A stretch of DNA of 64,000 nucleotides, taken from Patescibacteria group bacterium. Lineage in GTDB: Bacteria > Patescibacteriota > Patescibacteriia > UBA9934. Below are positions 59,961 to 64,000 of the stretch, piece after piece. The first letter of the stretch is position 1. Each line of letters opens with the position of its first letter. The stretch lies in contig JBBTSM010000003.1 of assembly GCA_038064675.1 (NCBI GenBank), positions 191,212 to 255,211 of the forward strand, read 5' to 3'. Below the pieces are notes generated by a model, which saw only the letters and a list, made by a program, of their open reading frames with translations, was not told where the DNA came from and did not search any database. Both the position numbers and the translations under genes were made by a program.

Positions 59961-61463
59961 CTATGCAAGCCGCTCCAACGCACGGGTCAGGGCAGAAATG
60001 ATTTTCTCGACTTCAATCACCGTCTCGGTTCCGGCACTCACACGAAGGAACGGTTCTGTGGTTCCAGTGGCACGTAATGCCGTGAGATACACGCGAGTTT
60101 TTGATAATCCAAAACTGCTTCCGGCAATAAGCTCGACCCCACGATTTCGAGCCTCTTCAACCGCGTATTCAAGAAATCTCATGTACGTTGCAGCCTTGCG
60201 ATATCGCTCTTTTAAAACGATAACGAAGAAGGCTCCGTGGAAGTCTCGATCTTTCATCCAAGAATATGCCGGATGGCTCGGAAGTCCGGGGTACACCACG
60301 CGCTCGAGCGCGGTTCGGCGATCCGATCCTGTGTGAACATCGAACGCTGTCGCAATCATCGTCGTGTTTCGATGATGCCGACGCAATCGCCTCTCGAGCA
60401 CTGATCGGTTCGGCCACGGGAGTGAAAGCACCGACGCATCCACAAGATTCGTTCCGATATGCATGCGTCGTCCAAACAACGGGAATGGCGACATCGCGGT
60501 TCGCCACATGATTCCCCCACTCACCCGATCCATTCCGTATTGATGGAATTTCAAAAGGCTTTCAAACACGATGATGTGGAGCTTGATATTCAGCAACGGA
60601 ACATCCTTCAGAATCTGATGCGTTACAGACGTTCCGGTCGCGTCGATGACGAGCGTTAATGGAGCATCTAAAACCTGAACGATCCGCGGAATAAGCGCGC
60701 TCAAATCCGGTACCGCCATGGTTACTGCGTTACACATCGTGTCCAAGAAAAGAACCGACGGCTTATGAACACGAATCGCCTCGAGAATCGCTTCGGCATT
60801 CATCTCATCAACGAAAATGACTCGGCCGGGAAAATACAGCTGTGCGATCTGAATATTTTCAAAGTAGCTCGACGCGCCGATCAATACCGGACCCTTGCAC
60901 GTTGGGTCGTCGAGCAACGTCGCGACGATCGTGGTAAATGCCGCCATTCCGCTTGCTGTTACAAATGCGAATGGCGTCAGTCGCAACGGCGAATCGACGT
61001 ACTCTTTCACGAATGCCTGCTCGTATCGTAGTTCATCCCAATGCTGATCGCGCTTATAGTCGTTAATCGTACCGGTGATCGTCCCCGTCTCTAAACCCGC
61101 CTGCGAGTGCTTCGCCGCTAAAAATGATGGCGACTGCCAGCCGGACGCCGCAAGCAATGCGCCGCTGATGCCCTGCAGACTTCTTACCGTATCAGCGACA
61201 CGATCGCGAACACGCAAACACTCCAATAATCGATCCTCGTCGTGAACATTCAACAGTCCACGGAGATCATTTGCGCATTCCGTGTACACCAATAGCAAAG
61301 ATTTTTCCTGATCAAGAAGCGTCGCCGATGTCTCCGGAAGAATGTGCTTCCGGCGCTTGGACCGAAGCGCCGCAATACGTTCTGATCGGTCCTCAATGAT
61401 CCACAAAAGCTCGGCGCAGTCGTCGTGAAGGTCTGCAAACGATTGAGCGACAGAATCAGCCAT
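59961..61463 (-). CDS. PLP-dependent Cys/Met-metabolism family enzyme (divergent)
   Basis: SGMAA, DAT, ESLLKF (PLP lysine), VVYPGLPSHP, SFG, LRVSAGTE. Confidence 0.85.
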   Translation of the reverse strand: MADSVAQSFADLHDDCAELLWIIEDRSERIAALRSKRRKHILPETSATLLDQEKSLLLVYTECANDLRGLLNVHDEDRLLECLRVRDRVADTVRSLQGISGALLAASGWQSPSFLAAKHSQAGLETGTITGTINDYKRDQHWDELRYEQAFVKEYVDSPLRLTPFAFVTASGMAAFTTIVATLLDDPTCKGPVLIGASSYFENIQIAQLYFPGRVIFVDEMNAEAILEAIRVHKPSVLFLDTMCNAVTMAVPDLSALIPRIVQVLDAPLTLVIDATGTSVTHQILKDVPLLNIKLHIIVFESLLKFHQYGMDRVSGGIMWRTAMSPFPLFGRRMHIGTNLVDASVLSLPWPNRSVLERRLRRHHRNTTMIATAFDVHTGSDRRTALERVVYPGLPSHPAYSWMKDRDFHGAFFVIVLKERYRKAATYMRFLEYAVEEARNRGVELIAGSSFGLSKTRVYLTALRATGTTEPFLRVSAGTETVIEVEKIISALTRALERLA

Positions 61464-61503
61464 ACAATGCAGGCATGCTACCAGAACATGTTAAACTCTT
61501 TCT

Positions 61504-62397
61504 ATGTTTTTATCCCTTTTCTCTAAAAAGTCCCCAAAACTCGATGCAATCGAGCTTCTTGGGAATGCACCAGGAAAAACCCTCCTCATTACCGCGGGCA
61601 TGGATGGGGACGAATACGTCGGCATTGCCGCGGCACACGAGATAGCTCGCCGATTCTCGGCGCGACCATTTTCCGGGAAGTTGATCCTCATTCCCATCGT
61701 GAACATGCCAGGGTTCATGAACGAGTCGAGTCATAATCCCATCGATGGAAAGTTTCCTAAAATGCTCTTCCCCGGAAATGCGAACGGATCATCCACCGAA
61801 CAGATCGTCGCGTCGCTCGCGCCACACGCATTCGCGACGGATTGCTGGCTTGATCTGCACAGTGGAGCGATGACCGAGGGACTCAACCCATTCCTTTGGT
61901 TTCATCGAACAGGAAAAGCCGACGTAGACGTGCAAATCGAGCGATTTGTTTCTGCAAACATCGCCGATCGCGTTCTCATCGAATCGTGTCCGATGGGAAC
62001 CAAGGCTGCACAGCTCGCGAAACGCGGCTGCATGTATGTTGTTGCGGAATCCGGAGCCCGCGGAAATCGCGACGGAATCGATCTCGAACGACATATTCGA
62101 TGGGCTGAGGCGATGATGTCGCTCCTCGGCATGATCGATACGCCGATCGCGCAGATCGCAACGCCGATCGTCGTCATGAATCAGATTCGATACGTCGTCG
62201 CACCGCATGATGGCATTTGGGATCCGTCAGTATTCGCAACCGAAACGATCAAGAAGAACGATGTTATCGGCATCGCGCGATCAATAAAGGGCGGCAAACC
62301 AAAAACGATAGCTGCGCCGGTGGCGGGCTATCGTTTATGGTGGAAGGAAACCATGCGGATGAAAAAAGGCGACGTGCTGTGTGCGATTGGTTTTTAG
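61504..62397 (+). CDS. Succinylglutamate desuccinylase/aspartoacylase (M14) family protein
   Basis: GMDGDE, IPIVN, DLHSG, ESG. Confidence 0.85.
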   Translation: MFLSLFSKKSPKLDAIELLGNAPGKTLLITAGMDGDEYVGIAAAHEIARRFSARPFSGKLILIPIVNMPGFMNESSHNPIDGKFPKMLFPGNANGSSTEQIVASLAPHAFATDCWLDLHSGAMTEGLNPFLWFHRTGKADVDVQIERFVSANIADRVLIESCPMGTKAAQLAKRGCMYVVAESGARGNRDGIDLERHIRWAEAMMSLLGMIDTPIAQIATPIVVMNQIRYVVAPHDGIWDPSVFATETIKKNDVIGIARSIKGGKPKTIAAPVAGYRLWWKETMRMKKGDVLCAIGF

Positions 62398-64000
62398 CCA
62401 CGAATCACACCATCTACGCGCAATGCCAGTTCGCGAACCACCGTCGTCATGACATCGTCCACTTCCTGACTGGTTAACGTTCGGTCTGGCGCCATCAATG
62501 TTACGCCAACGGTAACACTCTTTTTTCCGGAAGGAATACCTTCGCCACGATAGAGTTCTACCACACGGCAGTCGGTAATAAGATCTTTTGCGCCCCGAAC
62601 GACAGAAGAAATCTTTTCAAATTCCGTTTTTTCGTCTACGAGCACCGCGATGTCGCGAGTAACGACTGGGAACGCTGGAAGCGCCTGGTAATGATGCGCG
62701 TGCTTCATTGCTGGGAATAACGCCTCAAGATCCATTTCCACAAGGAATACCGGACGATGAATACCAAAGGAGTTCTGAAAATCGTCCGCAATCTGGCCGA
62801 GCGTACCAACAGAAACTCCATCGAACGTAATCGTCACCGTACGGCCGTCGTGCCAATGGTCGTTCTTCGATGCACGGTCGAACGTAAGCGTGATACCCGA
62901 TTTCGCCGCAAAATATTCCACCACACCACGAAGCCGCATGAATGTCTTTTCCGCGTCGGTCACTCCATATTCACCAAAGACCACCGTCATGCGCTCTTCG
63001 GGAACGCCGCCCTCTCGCGGAATATACACGCGTGCAAGCTCAAAGACATTCGCCGTGTTGGTGAAGGCCTGGTTTCGTTCGATTGCGCGCAACATCGACG
63101 GCACAAGCGTTGGTCGCATGTGCGTGATATCTGTTGAAAGCGGGTTGTACAGTGCAAGTGCATCCTTTGGACTTACGCCGTACATCTCAAGATCAGCGAC
63201 GCTCACCATGGAATTACTGAAGAATTCCGAGAACCCTGCTCCAGCCAAAAACTTCTTGGCCCACATCGCCCAGTCGAGCGATGCGTCGTCGAATCCTGCT
63301 GGCGGACGAGATGCTGGCAACACCGCTGGCATGTTGTGGTACCCATACATACGCGCAACTTCTTCCGTGAAATCGACCTCACCTTCAATGTCGTCCTCGC
63401 GCCAATATGGAACGGTAGCGCGGTATTGCTTCCCAGATTTTTCGAGCGCGGATCCGAGGCTCTCCAAAATCTTCGCGACAGTTTTATCCGGAATCTCGAT
63501 ACCAATACGCTGACGGATCCTTTCAAAATCGATCACGAATGCCTTCGGTTCGTACGGTGAAACGCGCTCATCAATCACCTCGCTCGCAATCTCTCCACCA
63601 CAAATCTCTTGGGTTAATGCGATCGCACGAGCAAGGGCGATTTCCGGCATCTGCACCGAAAGACCCTTCTCAAACAGTGTCTGTGCGTCGGAAGAAATAT
63701 TCAGCGCACGAGCAGTACGACGCAGTGCAACGGCTTCAAAGCTCGACGCGACAAACACCAATGTGTTCGTTTCTTTCGTTATACCCGTATGCTCACCACC
63801 CATGATTCCAGCAATGTCGAGAGGCTTCTTTGCATCTGCAATCACCAAGTGCCCATCAAGGTCGTACGTGGCTCCATTGAGGGCGAGAATATTCTCCCCC
63901 TTCTTTCCAAGACGAACATGCAATTCGGCGCCTTCAATCGCCCGATAATCAAATGCGTGCAGTGGCTGCGCGTATTCCAACATGACGTAATTCGTAATAT
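62394..64000 (-). CDS. pheT: Phenylalanyl-tRNA synthetase beta subunit (5' truncated by the window)
   Basis: QPLHAFD, IAGIMGG, EEVARMYGY, C-terminal FDX-ACB (RDIA...DRTLT). Confidence 0.97.
   Translation of the reverse strand, partial: ITNYVMLEYAQPLHAFDYRAIEGAELHVRLGKKGENILALNGATYDLDGHLVIADAKKPLDIAGIMGGEHTGITKETNTLVFVASSFEAVALRRTARALNISSDAQTLFEKGLSVQMPEIALARAIALTQEICGGEIASEVIDERVSPYEPKAFVIDFERIRQRIGIEIPDKTVAKILESLGSALEKSGKQYRATVPYWREDDIEGEVDFTEEVARMYGYHNMPAVLPASRPPAGFDDASLDWAMWAKKFLAGAGFSEFFSNSMVSVADLEMYGVSPKDALALYNPLSTDITHMRPTLVPSMLRAIERNQAFTNTANVFELARVYIPREGGVPEERMTVVFGEYGVTDAEKTFMRLRGVVEYFAAKSGITLTFDRASKNDHWHDGRTVTITFDGVSVGTLGQIADDFQNSFGIHRPVFLVEMDLEALFPAMKHAHHYQALPAFPVVTRDIAVLVDEKTEFEKISSVVRGAKDLITDCRVVELYRGEGIPSGKKSVTVGVTLMAPDRTLTSQEVDDVMTTVVRELALRVDGVIRG

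Overview
Chromosomal segment of a small-genome bacterium, most consistent with Patescibacteria/CPR. This is inferred from the short EF-Ts, TGS-less ThrRS, near absence of Shine-Dalgarno sites before core genes and many ORFans. Core genes: xseAB, metK-like, a lexA-dinB cassette, a gap/pgk/eno operon with NDH-2 and DoxX inserted, rpsB-tsf, queA, rpmE-prfA-prmC, rplY, rodA, gyrB, secE-nusG...rplK-rplA, a dTMP cluster with a DHFR-ThyA fusion, gatB, miaA, thrS (T-box), dnaE and partial pheT. No rRNA, tRNA, CRISPR or transposase was recognised. The most unusual signals are non-coding or architectural. (1) Six dispersed copies of a ~125-bp rod-like hairpin with tandem G.A pairs, strand-specific G.T wobbles, compensatory changes and a conserved GTAC-N6/7-GTAC apex; a second related family has two copies. 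(2) About nine single-gene ORFan units with their own promoter, usually an SD site and a shared ACGACG...hairpin...CGTTTT 3' element, inserted between core genes and clustered at a nusG-terminator hotspot. (3) A HIT gene enclosed by a 27-bp perfect inverted repeat. (4) An ultrashort-stem-I Thr T-box. All calls were made by eye, without database searches or folding software.
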